Shown piece by piece: positions 45,629 through 54,817 of a stretch of 58,464 nt of DNA (position 1 is the stretch's first letter; each line of letters opens with the position of its first letter). The DNA comes from an uncultured Clostridia bacterium (GTDB lineage Bacteria > Bacillota > Clostridia > Christensenellales > CAG-138). Location: NCBI GenBank assembly GCA_937915455.1, contig CALDNN010000102.1:1-58464 (forward strand). Direction: 5' to 3'. Below the pieces are notes generated by a model, which was given only the letters and a program-made list of their open reading frames with translations, was not told where the DNA came from and made no database searches. Position numbers and translations under genes: made by a program.

Positions 45629-47116
45629 ATGCAGCGTTCGAGCGGTATTCTCCTTCCCGTTTTTTCGCTGCCCTCGCGGGGCGGCATCGGCGCCTTCGGC
45701 AAGGAAGCTTACGATTTTATAGATTTCCTCCACGCTGCGGGCCAGCGCTATTGGCAGTTGCTGCCCCTCGGCCCTACCAGCTTCGGCGATTCACCGTATC
45801 AATCCTTTTCTGCCTATGCGGGCAATCCCTACTTCATCGACCTTACCCTGCTGCTGGAGGATGGGCTTTTAACAGAGAAAGAGATCGTGGCGCTCACGCC
45901 GCCGGATGGCGGGGCTGTGGATTACGCGGCCATCTACCAAACGCGCTTTCCCCTGCTCTCGCTGGCAAGCGAGCGGGGCCTAAAAAGGGATGCGGAGGCG
46001 CTTACCCGCTTCTGCGCAGAAAACGAGAGCTGGCTTCCTGACTTTGCGCTCTTCATGGCTTTGAAGGGCCATTTCGGCATGCGCGCCTGGTCGGAATGGG
46101 AGGATGAGGATATCCGCCTTCGCAAGCCCGCCGTACTCGCCGCCTATCGCACGCGCCTTGCGCCTGAGATCCGGCGGATTTGTTACCTGCAATACCTCTT
46201 CTTCAAACAATATAACGCACTGCGGGCCTACGCCCATCAAAAGGGCGTAAGCATCCTGGGCGACCTGCCCATTTATGTGGCCATGGATTCGGCGGATGTT
46301 TGGTCGGCGCCGCAGAATTTTCTGCTGGATGAAAATTTAGAGCCGATCGCCGTTTCCGGCGTGCCGCCGGATGACTTTTCCGCAGCCGGCCAGCGCTGGG
46401 GCAACCCGCTCTACCGCTGGGACGATATGCAAAAGAACGGCTACGCCTGGTGGCGGGCGCGCATACGCGGCGCGCGCAAGCTCTACGACATCATCCGCAT
46501 AGACCATTTCCGCGGCTTTGCCAGCTATTGGAGCGTGGATGCGGCAGAGGCAGACGCCACGCACGGCGTTTGGGTCAAGGGCCCGGGCCTCGAGCTGGTG
46601 AAAGCGCTTTGTGAGGCCGCCGAGGGCATGGAGATTATCGCGGAGGATTTAGGATATCTCGACGAGAGCGTGCGGTCGCTCTTGCACGATTCCGGCTTCC
46701 CGGGCATGAAGGTGATCGAATTCGCCTTTGATTCACGCGAGCCGGGCAATTACCTGCCGCATACCTACCCGCAAAACTGCGTCTGCTACGTGGGCACGCA
46801 CGACAACGCGCCCGTCATGGCCTGGCGGCAGGAGGCCGCAGCCGAAGATGTTCGCTTTGCCGAGGAATACCTGGGCCTCAACGAGGCCGAGGGCTTCCAC
46901 CTGGGTATGATCCGCGGCGGTATGAGCAGCGTGGCCGTGCTTTTCGTGACGCAGATGCAGGATTGGCTGGGCCTTGGCGCGGATAGCCGTACCAACATCC
47001 CCAGTACCCTGGGCGGCAACTGGAAGTGGCGGCTGGACAAAGGCGCGCTTACGCCCAAACTGGCGCAAAAGATCCGCCGCATGAGCTATATCTACGGCCG
47101 CATCGATCAGCCGTAA
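45629..47116 (+). CDS. malQ: 4-alpha-glucanotransferase (amylomaltase, GH77)
   Basis: RSSGILLPVFSLPS, GDSPYQSFSAYAGNPYFID, IRIDHFRGF, IIAEDLG, GTHDN. Confidence 0.92.
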   Translation: MQRSSGILLPVFSLPSRGGIGAFGKEAYDFIDFLHAAGQRYWQLLPLGPTSFGDSPYQSFSAYAGNPYFIDLTLLLEDGLLTEKEIVALTPPDGGAVDYAAIYQTRFPLLSLASERGLKRDAEALTRFCAENESWLPDFALFMALKGHFGMRAWSEWEDEDIRLRKPAVLAAYRTRLAPEIRRICYLQYLFFKQYNALRAYAHQKGVSILGDLPIYVAMDSADVWSAPQNFLLDENLEPIAVSGVPPDDFSAAGQRWGNPLYRWDDMQKNGYAWWRARIRGARKLYDIIRIDHFRGFASYWSVDAAEADATHGVWVKGPGLELVKALCEAAEGMEIIAEDLGYLDESVRSLLHDSGFPGMKVIEFAFDSREPGNYLPHTYPQNCVCYVGTHDNAPVMAWRQEAAAEDVRFAEEYLGLNEAEGFHLGMIRGGMSSVAVLFVTQMQDWLGLGADSRTNIPSTLGGNWKWRLDKGALTPKLAQKIRRMSYIYGRIDQP

Positions 47117-47126
47117 AGCAGGCATC

Positions 47127-47161
47127 AAAAAGGCTGGCACGAATTTCGCGCCAGCCTTTTG
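47127..47161. terminator. bidirectional terminator between malQ and the convergent lipoprotein gene
   Basis: AAAAAGGCTGGC...GCCAGCCTTTT. Confidence 0.65.
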
Positions 47162-47186
47162 CTATGTACCTTGAATTAGCCCAGCC

Positions 47187-48062
47187 TTATCCGGAATAAG
47201 GCAGCTCTTCGAAGTATTCTTCCGCCTCAATCCCGTCGATCAGGAAGACCCAATCCGGTTCGCAGCTCACAAATAGCCTACCCGCCCGTCCATCCCGTGT
47301 TTTGAAGAAAACCGTCGCGTCCGATTCTGCATCCGTGGCCGTTATGCACAGCTCTATACCGGCGGGCAGCGTTTCGTCCGCATATGCTTCGCCTTCCAGC
47401 ATCTGCACAGGCAGTTCCCTGGTGGTCAGCAGAAAGCGGTCGTTCTCTGTAAAATAAAACAAGCCTTCCCCCTCGGCTTCCAGGCCGAGATCGCCGCCGA
47501 TTGTATAGCTGCGCGTCGCTTGATACGTGCCTAGCATATCCAGGTGGCCGGCAATGGTAATCACCCCGTCCGACAGGCTGGTAATGCGGCCCTCAATATG
47601 ATCCGCCTCGGCCATAGAGTTCGCGTTAAGCACATAGGTCTCCGCACTGTCCCCGATGGTGAGATCCGTGCTGATGAGAAAGCAGGGCTCACCCCCGGTT
47701 TCGCAATAATAAGCGGATATAAAATCCCCGTCCAAGTTCACGGTCGATTGACAGCCGTTGTCCCCTTTTGTAAACAGGCGGGTGGCGGGCCAGGGATAAT
47801 CCTCATCCTGCTCTTCAACGGAAATAATATACTCTGTTCCCTCGAAGGTGTAGGGCGTATCCAGCGCGAGCGACAGGGCTGTAAAGGCCGGTTCCGGGGT
47901 GAGTAGCGGCGCAGGTGTGAGGCTTTCCGTCGGAGCGTCCGCCCGTGCAGGCGTTGCAACAGGCCCGACAGCCGCCTGCTGCTCTACAGCCGGGCCGCAG
48001 CCGCCAAGCAGAGTTGCGGCGGCAATCGCCAGGATCAGGGCACGAGATACATGTTTGCGCAT
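47187..48062 (-). CDS. lipoprotein of unknown function
   Basis: Signal peptide with lipobox LLGGC and a Pro/Ala/Thr linker. No recognisable catalytic motif. Confidence 0.7.
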   Translation of the reverse strand: MRKHVSRALILAIAAATLLGGCGPAVEQQAAVGPVATPARADAPTESLTPAPLLTPEPAFTALSLALDTPYTFEGTEYIISVEEQDEDYPWPATRLFTKGDNGCQSTVNLDGDFISAYYCETGGEPCFLISTDLTIGDSAETYVLNANSMAEADHIEGRITSLSDGVITIAGHLDMLGTYQATRSYTIGGDLGLEAEGEGLFYFTENDRFLLTTRELPVQMLEGEAYADETLPAGIELCITATDAESDATVFFKTRDGRAGRLFVSCEPDWVFLIDGIEAEEYFEELPYSG

Positions 48063-48217
48063 AAAGGTTCCCTTTCTTGATCGGCCGTTATCCCGTAAAT
48101 ACGCGTAGGCGCTGCCTGCGGCGCATCGGATACGCGCATGATCATCTATACGATTATACTACGTAAGAGTAAACCACGGCTATAAACATTTCTGCCTAAG
48201 GGGCAAGCATTCCGTGC

Positions 48218-48257
48218 TTGACATATTCACATCAGTATGATATCTTTTTGATATCAT
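48218..48257 (+). promoter_or_regulatory. TTGACA -35 box followed by palindrome ATGATATC-N5-GATATCAT (operator candidate)
   Basis: TTGACA at 48218-48223. A perfect 8-bp inverted repeat at 48237-48257 overlaps the expected -10 region. Confidence 0.45.
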
Positions 48258-48283
48258 AAAACACAGTTTATGGAGGTTCGTCT

Positions 48284-49327
48284 ATGAACGGTTCCGATTC
48301 CTTCTCTCAGCAAAAAATCCTCAAAGCCAGGAGCGGCATGGCTGCCCTCATCCTCAACACGCTTGCCCTGCTGGCCTTCCTGCTTCTCTTCATCGTGGGC
48401 ATCACCCTGGCTGCGCGGCGGGGCGGGCTTGCCGCCGGTTTGCTCATTACCGTATCGGCCCTGATGGGCTTTGTGGTCTGCCCCATCCTCTATGCCGGGC
48501 TGAAGGTGCTAAAGCCCAACGAGGCCCTGGTGCTCACCCTCTTCGGCAAATATTACGGCACATTGGAGGGGGCCGGCTTCTATTTCGTCAATCCCTTCGT
48601 CACAGCCGTCAACCCCACCAAGCGCACAAATTTGGCCGCTACAGCCGTTGCTGTCGCGGCTGCGGCCGAGCAGCAGGCTGGGCAGGCCTCCCGTACGGAT
48701 AAATCCGAGCCCACCGATACAGCCACCGGCAAGGCCGTTTCCCTTAAGGTGATGACTCTTAACAACAATAAGCAAAAGGTCAACGACAAGTTGGGCAATC
48801 CCATTGAGATCGGCGTTGTGGTCATCTGGCGGGTTGTCAATGCGGCCAAGGCCGTATTCAATGTGGATAATTATATCTCCTTTCTCTCCATCCAGGCGGA
48901 TAGCTCCCTGCGTAACATTGTGCGGCTTTACCCTTACGACATTTGGGATGAAGGTGGAGAGGCGGACGAACTTTCTTTGCGTGGCAGCAGCCAAGAGGTA
49001 GCTCTGCGGCTTCGGCAAGAGCTGCAAGCCAAGGTAGAGGACGCGGGGCTTGAGGTCGTGGAGACCCGCATCACCCACCTCGCCTATGCCCCGGAGATTG
49101 CCGCCGCCATGCTGCAGCGGCAGCAGGCCAGCGCGATCATCGATGCCCGAAAGCTGATTGTGGAGGGGGCCGTGGGCATGGTGGAGATGGCCCTGCAAAA
49201 GCTGAGCCAGAACCAGATCGTGGAGCTGGACAGCGAGCGCAAGGCGGCTATGATCTCCAACCTCTTGGTGGTTCTCTGCGGCAGCAAGGAAGCCCAGCCC
49301 GTGGTGAACAGCGGCTCGCTGTACTAA
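48284..49327 (+). CDS. SPFH/band-7 domain membrane protein
   Basis: Two N-terminal TM segments, then [17 protein letters not shown]...GFYFVNPF, and a C-terminal Ala/Gln-rich coiled region [19 protein letters not shown]. Confidence 0.85.
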   Translation: MNGSDSFSQQKILKARSGMAALILNTLALLAFLLLFIVGITLAARRGGLAAGLLITVSALMGFVVCPILYAGLKVLKPNEALVLTLFGKYYGTLEGAGFYFVNPFVTAVNPTKRTNLAATAVAVAAAAEQQAGQASRTDKSEPTDTATGKAVSLKVMTLNNNKQKVNDKLGNPIEIGVVVIWRVVNAAKAVFNVDNYISFLSIQADSSLRNIVRLYPYDIWDEGGEADELSLRGSSQEVALRLRQELQAKVEDAGLEVVETRITHLAYAPEIAAAMLQRQQASAIIDARKLIVEGAVGMVEMALQKLSQNQIVELDSERKAAMISNLLVVLCGSKEAQPVVNSGSLY

Positions 49328-49331
49328 TCCG

Positions 49332-49526
49332 ATGGAACGTAGCGATAAAGCCAAAAAGCAAATCCCCCTCCGCCTCTCCCCGGAGCTGTACGATAAGCTT
49401 GCAGCCTGGGCCGACGACGAGTTCCGCTCCGTCAACGGTCAGATCGAATATCTCCTGAGCGAATGCGTGAAGAAGCGCTATGGCGCGAAGGCGGTCCAAA
49501 AGCAAGGGCGGGAGATAGAATCATGA
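49332..49526 (+). CDS. Arc/MetJ-type ribbon-helix-helix DNA-binding protein
   Basis: 64 aa. KKQIPLRLSPELYDKLAAWADDEFRSVNGQIEYLLSECV has a beta-strand plus two-helix pattern. Starts 4 nt after the SPFH stop. Confidence 0.7.
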   Translation: MERSDKAKKQIPLRLSPELYDKLAAWADDEFRSVNGQIEYLLSECVKKRYGAKAVQKQGREIES

Positions 49527-49639
49527 CCAGCAGCCCCGGGTTCTATGCGGTGGACGAACGCTTTTCGTAAATACCCCCGAAATGCTTCCTAAGCATTTAT
49601 GCTCCTCCGTTTTTGACATTCCACTTAAAACGAGAAAGG

Positions 49640-49685
49640 CACGCCGCAAAATGAAATATTTTGCCGGGTGCCCTTTTTGTTCAGG
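49640..49685 (+). terminator. imperfect terminator of the SPFH-RHH operon
   Basis: GGCACGCCGCAAAAT-GAA-ATATTTTGCCGGGTGCC followed by CTTTTTGTT. Confidence 0.45.
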
Positions 49686-49869
49686 TAAGGTGCGGTATCA
49701 TCGCCTCAGGCAGGTCTTACGAGAGGTGAGACCTTAGGAACGATCCATGCAAAACAGCGAAGCCGCACGGTATGACCATTCAAGAGCCATTCGGAGAGTG
49801 GAATCACCGTGGAAAAAAGATTTTAGGGCCAGCGGGATATTGCTGCGGACAAGTGATATTCCTTCGTAT

Positions 49870-51336
49870 TTATGTTGATCCTCGCTGCCCGGCCCGCATC
49901 CTCTTCATGTTGCGCCGGTATACAATATATACGATTAAAATGCTGACCATGGCGACTATTGGCAAAGTAAGCAGGGCTAAGAGAAAGTATAACCCCCAAG
50001 GCACCTGATCCTCAATGCAGCTTACGGTAAAGGTCAGCTGGTCTTGCGGCAGGCCCTCCATAGAAGCAAAGAATAAATCCTCTTCCAGCTTTTCGAATTC
50101 TACGGCTTCTGAACGCACATAGGTTTCATAATTCTCCGGCCTGTTTACGAACCACACCCAAACATTCAATGTGCCGAAGTCGCGGTAATGCCGGGCGGGC
50201 CCGGTGATATAAGAGTAGTCTGCCCGCATATCCCCTGTATTTCCAAAGGAATCCGGCATATGCTTATAGGTTACGCTTACTTCACGGGATTGCCCCGCTT
50301 CAAAAGGAATCTCGTATAGCAACAGGCCAGCCATCTTTTCATTGAACAGGCTCCTTAGTATTCCTCTAATCGAATCACATCCATAAAAATCCACGCCGCC
50401 GCCAAGCAGGGTCAGCAATTCACGTTCCCCAAAAGACTCCACGCCCTCGGGATAATATTCTCTAAATTCCTGCATACATACATTACCCAGGAACTCTTCC
50501 ATGGTCATGCTTTGAACCTGCACCAATTCCAGCCCCGCATTGGAGATTGGCGTTAGAGATGACTCATTCGGATAATTCCCGTCCATATCATATGCTTCGA
50601 TTTGGGCTTGCGACATATCGAAGCCGGCGGAAACCGCTAAACGTACTTGTCCGGAGGACCTTCTTTTATGAATCTCAATAACATAATCATTATTATTAGA
50701 TTTGCTTCTATAGGCCGTAGCTCCATCACTGGTATATGAAAAAATCCGCAGATTTTCCTCACGGAGACGCGTGATCTTTATATAATTCGCCCCTGACTGC
50801 CCTTGTAATTCATATATATTCAGCACCGCATCAAAATCATATGTTTCAGGATGGTACGGGACGGGATCATTGTAATAATCCAACAAGCTCTCAATCTCCA
50901 AGGATTGCGCGTATTCCTCGATCTCGTCATAAGATTTACGCGTCCACCTTTTTTTCTCCGCTAAATGACGCAGGCTGCTGATGAAGAGCGGTTCGGCATG
51001 TATCGCCTGCCCATCCACATGAACCTCTGCGTTTGTGAGGGCGTCTATATCATCCAGTATAAACAAAATTGGAAATGCCATCGTTATGCTTTGCGCCGCC
51101 CCATGGTTTCGCATTTGATAGGAGGCGGAAACATCCATAAAGGACGAGTCCTCTGCTTCAAAATGGATGTCAAAGCGAAGGTCCTCTTTCTCCACCCCGA
51201 TGTCGCAATCCTCCAAGACCCCCATGGTATAATGGGGGCCTTCGGAGAAATAATGAATTGGTGCGGAGTTTGCAAGAGCCGGCTGCGCAGCTAACAGGAT
51301 AGACACACAGAGCAAGATAAAAGCTATCTTTTTCAT
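49870..51336 (-). CDS. secreted, C-terminally membrane-anchored protein of unknown function
   Basis: 488 aa. Signal peptide MKKIAFILLCVSILLAAQPALA and C-terminal TM segment LYFLLALLTLPIVAMVSILIVYIVY with a basic tail. AAGGAGGCC RBS. Visibly lower GC than its surroundings. Confidence 0.75.
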   Translation of the reverse strand: MKKIAFILLCVSILLAAQPALANSAPIHYFSEGPHYTMGVLEDCDIGVEKEDLRFDIHFEAEDSSFMDVSASYQMRNHGAAQSITMAFPILFILDDIDALTNAEVHVDGQAIHAEPLFISSLRHLAEKKRWTRKSYDEIEEYAQSLEIESLLDYYNDPVPYHPETYDFDAVLNIYELQGQSGANYIKITRLREENLRIFSYTSDGATAYRSKSNNNDYVIEIHKRRSSGQVRLAVSAGFDMSQAQIEAYDMDGNYPNESSLTPISNAGLELVQVQSMTMEEFLGNVCMQEFREYYPEGVESFGERELLTLLGGGVDFYGCDSIRGILRSLFNEKMAGLLLYEIPFEAGQSREVSVTYKHMPDSFGNTGDMRADYSYITGPARHYRDFGTLNVWVWFVNRPENYETYVRSEAVEFEKLEEDLFFASMEGLPQDQLTFTVSCIEDQVPWGLYFLLALLTLPIVAMVSILIVYIVYRRNMKRMRAGQRGST

Positions 51337-51572
51337 TTGGCCTCCTTAGGCTTGTGGATCTACATCGAGAAACGCAAAATGTCGTTAGTAGATAATGGGC
51401 GGAAAGGTCTCCATAACCCCCTGCCTGGATCCTGGGTTCTCCATTATAAAATTGAAATTGCTTTTCGTCAGAATCGCAGTTGAAGGCAACATAGTGCCCG
51501 CCGGGCTTTATTGCGCCGCTTTCTACATTTTCAACCGCATAGAGATATACCCAAATGTTAGCGTCCGCTTCC

Positions 51573-51671
51573 TTTGCCGCCCCCGCTCCCCTCGCGGGGA
51601 GCGACGGCGTATACGGCTACCATGAAATGCGCATCTATATTTCAATCCCCGCTCCCCTCGCGGGGAGCGAC
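51573..51671 (-). CRISPR. minimal type I-C CRISPR array: 2 repeats, 1 spacer
   Basis: Minus-strand repeat GTCGCTCCCCGCGAGGGGAGCGGGGATTGAAAT (51671-51639). A 33-nt spacer at 51638-51606. A second repeat (51605-51573) has the same first 25 nt but a degenerate 3' end (GCGGCAAA instead of ATTGAAAT). Confidence 0.8.
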
Positions 51672-51688
51672 AATGGCGCAGGAGAACA

Positions 51689-52087
51689 TTCTTCCAGGCA
51701 GATTGCCTGCGCACAGAGCTGTAGCCGGTCGCCATCCATAGTCTTTGGCGCGCCTTTATTGTACTCCACAGGGACAGGCAGATACTTTTGTGCTTGCCCG
51801 CGTATGGTTACTCCATGCTCGCTTTGCCGGAACTCTACAACATCACACTGGCCATTTGCCATTAGGCGGGTGGAACGGATGGGCATGCCGCGGGAGATCA
51901 AAAGCTCCCCGCGCCGCTCCAAGCGATATGCATCATGCGCCCGCTCATGAAAAATGTGGCCTTCTATCGTGTAAAGGTTCTCGTTCCATTGCTGCTCAAT
52001 CTGCCGTAGCGCCCACTGCCTCTGGTAAAAGGCGAACGCCTAGATGCCCGAAATGGGAAGATAGGCTTCTTCCGACATATGATGCAT
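51689..52087 (-). pseudogene. cas4: cas4 pseudogene (in-frame TAG, 3' truncated at a CRISPR repeat)
   Basis: The frame reads MHHMSEEAYLPISGI*AFAFYQRQWALRQIEQQWNENLYTIEGHIFHERAHD...CDVVEF...PVPVEYNKGAPK...DRLQLCAQAICLEE. Stop codon at 52042-52040. Homology ends at about 51689, which is 17 nt before the repeat. Confidence 0.8.
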
Positions 52088-52089
52088 TA

Positions 52090-52977
52090 CTACGCCATGC
52101 GCATGCAGGTTACGTTTTGCGGCAACGCATCAAGGTCAATTTCCACCTCGTAATCTGCATAACTGCGGGTGGGAGACGGGGCCCCTTCCCTGCGATTGAC
52201 CGTGACGAGGTCAAAGAGCTTGTGGGCTGGGGCATTTCCAAGCTCGCTTTCGTGTTTGAATACGATTAGCTCCCGGAGCGCCATCTGCCCGCGTGCCGCG
52301 GAATGGTCATGTTCGAACATATTGATGATCGCCTCCCAGAGCAGTTTAAGATCACCTTCCGAAAAGCCCGTGACCTTTCTTGCGAGGTTGGCGGAAATAT
52401 GCCCGTGTGCTCGGTAGAGGCCGTAGGGAATAATGTATTTGCGGCCCATCTCCGTTTTTTTGCGCTCCGCATCCGCCTCGGTGGTAATGGCGGTACGAGT
52501 GATGGTGATCTCCTGCTGCGCGATGGGCTCAACGCTGCGCGCAAACCCAAGTTGCACCGGGCCACGCACCTGGCCGCAGTTAAGCGCCGCTTTTACAAAA
52601 GTAGTCATCACCGCACCGAACGTACGGATATCGTAAAAATTACCGCACATAAAATCGCGAATTCGCGCATCGATCCCGGGATCGGCTTTTTTATTCAGCT
52701 TCTTTTCATCAATTCCCAGACGGGTGTAGGCGAGCTGGTCGCTTGTGTTGAGCGGGACCCCTTCTTTAATATAAATCTGATAACCTTCCGCGTTCTCCTT
52801 CACGGTTTCCACATAGTTACGAATCTTACGTTTAAGGCATACATCGGTCACAAGGCCGTAGCCGGTTTCGGGATCCACGCGCGGCATATTGCCGGCATCC
52901 GGGTCGCCGTTGGGGTTGCCGTTTTCCACATCGAACAATATCACAAAATCATACCGATTTTTAATCGCTTCAGTCAT
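52090..52977 (-). CDS. cas7c: type I-C Cas7c (Csd2)
   Basis: 295 aa. NRYDFVILFDVENGNPNGDPDAGNMPRVDPETGYGLVTDVCLKRKIRNY is the classic Csd2 N-terminus. Confidence 0.92.
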   Translation of the reverse strand: MTEAIKNRYDFVILFDVENGNPNGDPDAGNMPRVDPETGYGLVTDVCLKRKIRNYVETVKENAEGYQIYIKEGVPLNTSDQLAYTRLGIDEKKLNKKADPGIDARIRDFMCGNFYDIRTFGAVMTTFVKAALNCGQVRGPVQLGFARSVEPIAQQEITITRTAITTEADAERKKTEMGRKYIIPYGLYRAHGHISANLARKVTGFSEGDLKLLWEAIINMFEHDHSAARGQMALRELIVFKHESELGNAPAHKLFDLVTVNRREGAPSPTRSYADYEVEIDLDALPQNVTCMRMA

Positions 52978-53008
52978 GGCGTTATTCCTCGCTTTCTATA
53001 TTCTGTTG

Positions 53009-54817
53009 CTATTCGTTCACGGCAGGAGTTTCTGGGGCGGCTTCGTTGGATGCAGCGGGTTTCTTCTGGTAGAAGCGCTGCACCTGGTGGTGGTACCCAA
53101 GCAGAAACTGGCATTGTTCGGTATTGTTTAGCCGGGCGGGGAAAGCATCCCTATCGTTCGGCGCGGGGAGTCTTCCCATAAGGTCCAACACGAGGTTGCT
53201 GTAGATAATGCGCTTGCCTTCAGCTTTCATGCGGTTGAGGTATACGGGGTACTGCTTTAGCAGCTCGTTGAATATGAGGGCAGGCGTATCACAGGCAGTG
53301 CTGAAATACTTCTTTTTAATGTTCGCACCGATTTCCGTATCGCTGCTGTCCCTCTGGATAAATTCAAGCGCCGCGAACAACCGGCCCAGCACATAAGGGA
53401 GAACAGTGCAGTCTTCATTGAGAAACACTTTTGCTACCTCCTCTGTTTCGGGATCGTCCCCGTAGTTTTTTAGCAAATACGCTTTGAGAATCGCGGCCTT
53501 GCCGCGGGTAAGATCATGCTCCGCGTGCACGCGCAGCAGCACGTTCTGCATAAGCGCCTCCGGGTAATCGGCGTTGCTTAAAATCGCCTGGAGTACAGCG
53601 CCCGCAAGAAGCGGGGAAGCCGCACTATCCTTAGACATGGGGTGTACGGTTTCAAGCAGTAGCCAATAGGGGGTAAGATAGTCCCGCTCGTAGGGTGCTT
53701 TTGCAATTTCTAGCCGCGCGTAATGCGCCGCGATGTTTTGGAGCATGTTGCCGAAGGTATCCCGCAGGAAAAAGCGCACCGAAATGCGCGCGGCATTGGG
53801 CGCAAGCCCCAGCACATAGAAGGGCGTATCTTCGTTCAGCCCTTCCGCCGCGATGGGCAGGCCCTGCGTAACCTTTTTCATAATGCTGTTTAGCAGGGCG
53901 CTCTGATCCTCCTGCGGGGAGAGCATAACGGAAAAGAAATCGCTGTAATTCGGGTTCGCATCCTCGGCCCAGTAGACGATATTGCTATTTGCCAGGTACG
54001 CATTATGGGCGGGCTGGGAGAGTAGGTAGTTGAGCGCCGTTGCATAGGCAAAGGCCGCGTATTCGCTAACAGGTGCGTTGATGCTGGCGCTTAGGCCATA
54101 GGATTCATATGCGGCCGCATTAAAGGAAACAAGGTTTGCGCCTGCGCTTTGGGTATCCCGCACGCCTTTGATTTTAGGATGGAGCAGCGCGATGGGCTCG
54201 TCCGCCCCGCCCGTCACCAGGCATTGCATGCGCGTATCGCTTAGCTGCGCGTTTTTATACCGCACCCACGCTTCCTGCAGGTTTGGGTCATCCTGCGCAT
54301 AAGTCCCATCCGGCGCAACGAATATAAAATACCGCCCCGCCTTCATTTCCTCCATGAGCGCGGGGTCGGAAAGGGCCGGATGCGGTGTTTGCGGATCATA
54401 CCGGTCAAAATACGCACAGATTGCCCTTGCCGCGGGGGAGTTGACGCCCTCTAAAATCTTCCGATGCAGCTTTTTTGAGGCCTCGAAACATGCCGCAGTG
54501 CGCTGCTTATCGCCCTTATAGTCATACCCCAGCAGAAACAGCGCGTTATCGCATAAAAAGTTCGCCAGAATATTCACGCCGCGCACATAGGGCATGGGGA
54601 GCGTCATGGATTGTGGAACCTCCATCATCTTTTTGCCCACCTGTCTTTCTTGCTTCAAGGGCAAAACATGCGTGAGCGTTCCATCCTCCCGCAGGCAAAG
54701 GCCGTAGGAAACCTTGGCCTGCGCAAACCAGAGGGGCGGAACCCGTTCATCTTCCTGCAGCGTGTCCCGTGCCGCGTCCATGAGCGCATAGTAGCGCGCC
54801 AGAGCTTGCAAGATCAT
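53009..54817 (-). CDS. cas8c: type I-C Cas8c (Csd1)
   Basis: 602 aa. MILQALARYY...FAQAKVSYGLCLREDGTL N-terminus is typical of Csd1. ATGA overlap with cas5c. Confidence 0.88.
   Translation of the reverse strand: MILQALARYYALMDAARDTLQEDERVPPLWFAQAKVSYGLCLREDGTLTHVLPLKQERQVGKKMMEVPQSMTLPMPYVRGVNILANFLCDNALFLLGYDYKGDKQRTAACFEASKKLHRKILEGVNSPAARAICAYFDRYDPQTPHPALSDPALMEEMKAGRYFIFVAPDGTYAQDDPNLQEAWVRYKNAQLSDTRMQCLVTGGADEPIALLHPKIKGVRDTQSAGANLVSFNAAAYESYGLSASINAPVSEYAAFAYATALNYLLSQPAHNAYLANSNIVYWAEDANPNYSDFFSVMLSPQEDQSALLNSIMKKVTQGLPIAAEGLNEDTPFYVLGLAPNAARISVRFFLRDTFGNMLQNIAAHYARLEIAKAPYERDYLTPYWLLLETVHPMSKDSAASPLLAGAVLQAILSNADYPEALMQNVLLRVHAEHDLTRGKAAILKAYLLKNYGDDPETEEVAKVFLNEDCTVLPYVLGRLFAALEFIQRDSSDTEIGANIKKKYFSTACDTPALIFNELLKQYPVYLNRMKAEGKRIIYSNLVLDLMGRLPAPNDRDAFPARLNNTEQCQFLLGYHHQVQRFYQKKPAASNEAAPETPAVNE

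Noticed and set aside
49530-49869. Several small hairpins (AAATGCTT-CCT-AAGCATTT; AGGTCT-N11-AGACCT, enclosed by GTGCGG...CCGCAC) that could form a ~90-nt structured RNA.
   Set aside because: No match to any RNA family I can recognise, and no promoter or terminator pair frames it. It may just be the 3' UTRs of two convergent transcription units.
51337-51572. Searched for additional CRISPR repeats, a leader, or cas1/cas2 remnants beyond the degenerate terminal repeat.
   Set aside because: No further copy of the GTCGCTCCCC...hairpin core is present, and no Cas1/Cas2-like translation appears in any frame. The region looks like the promoter and 5' region of the 488-aa gene.
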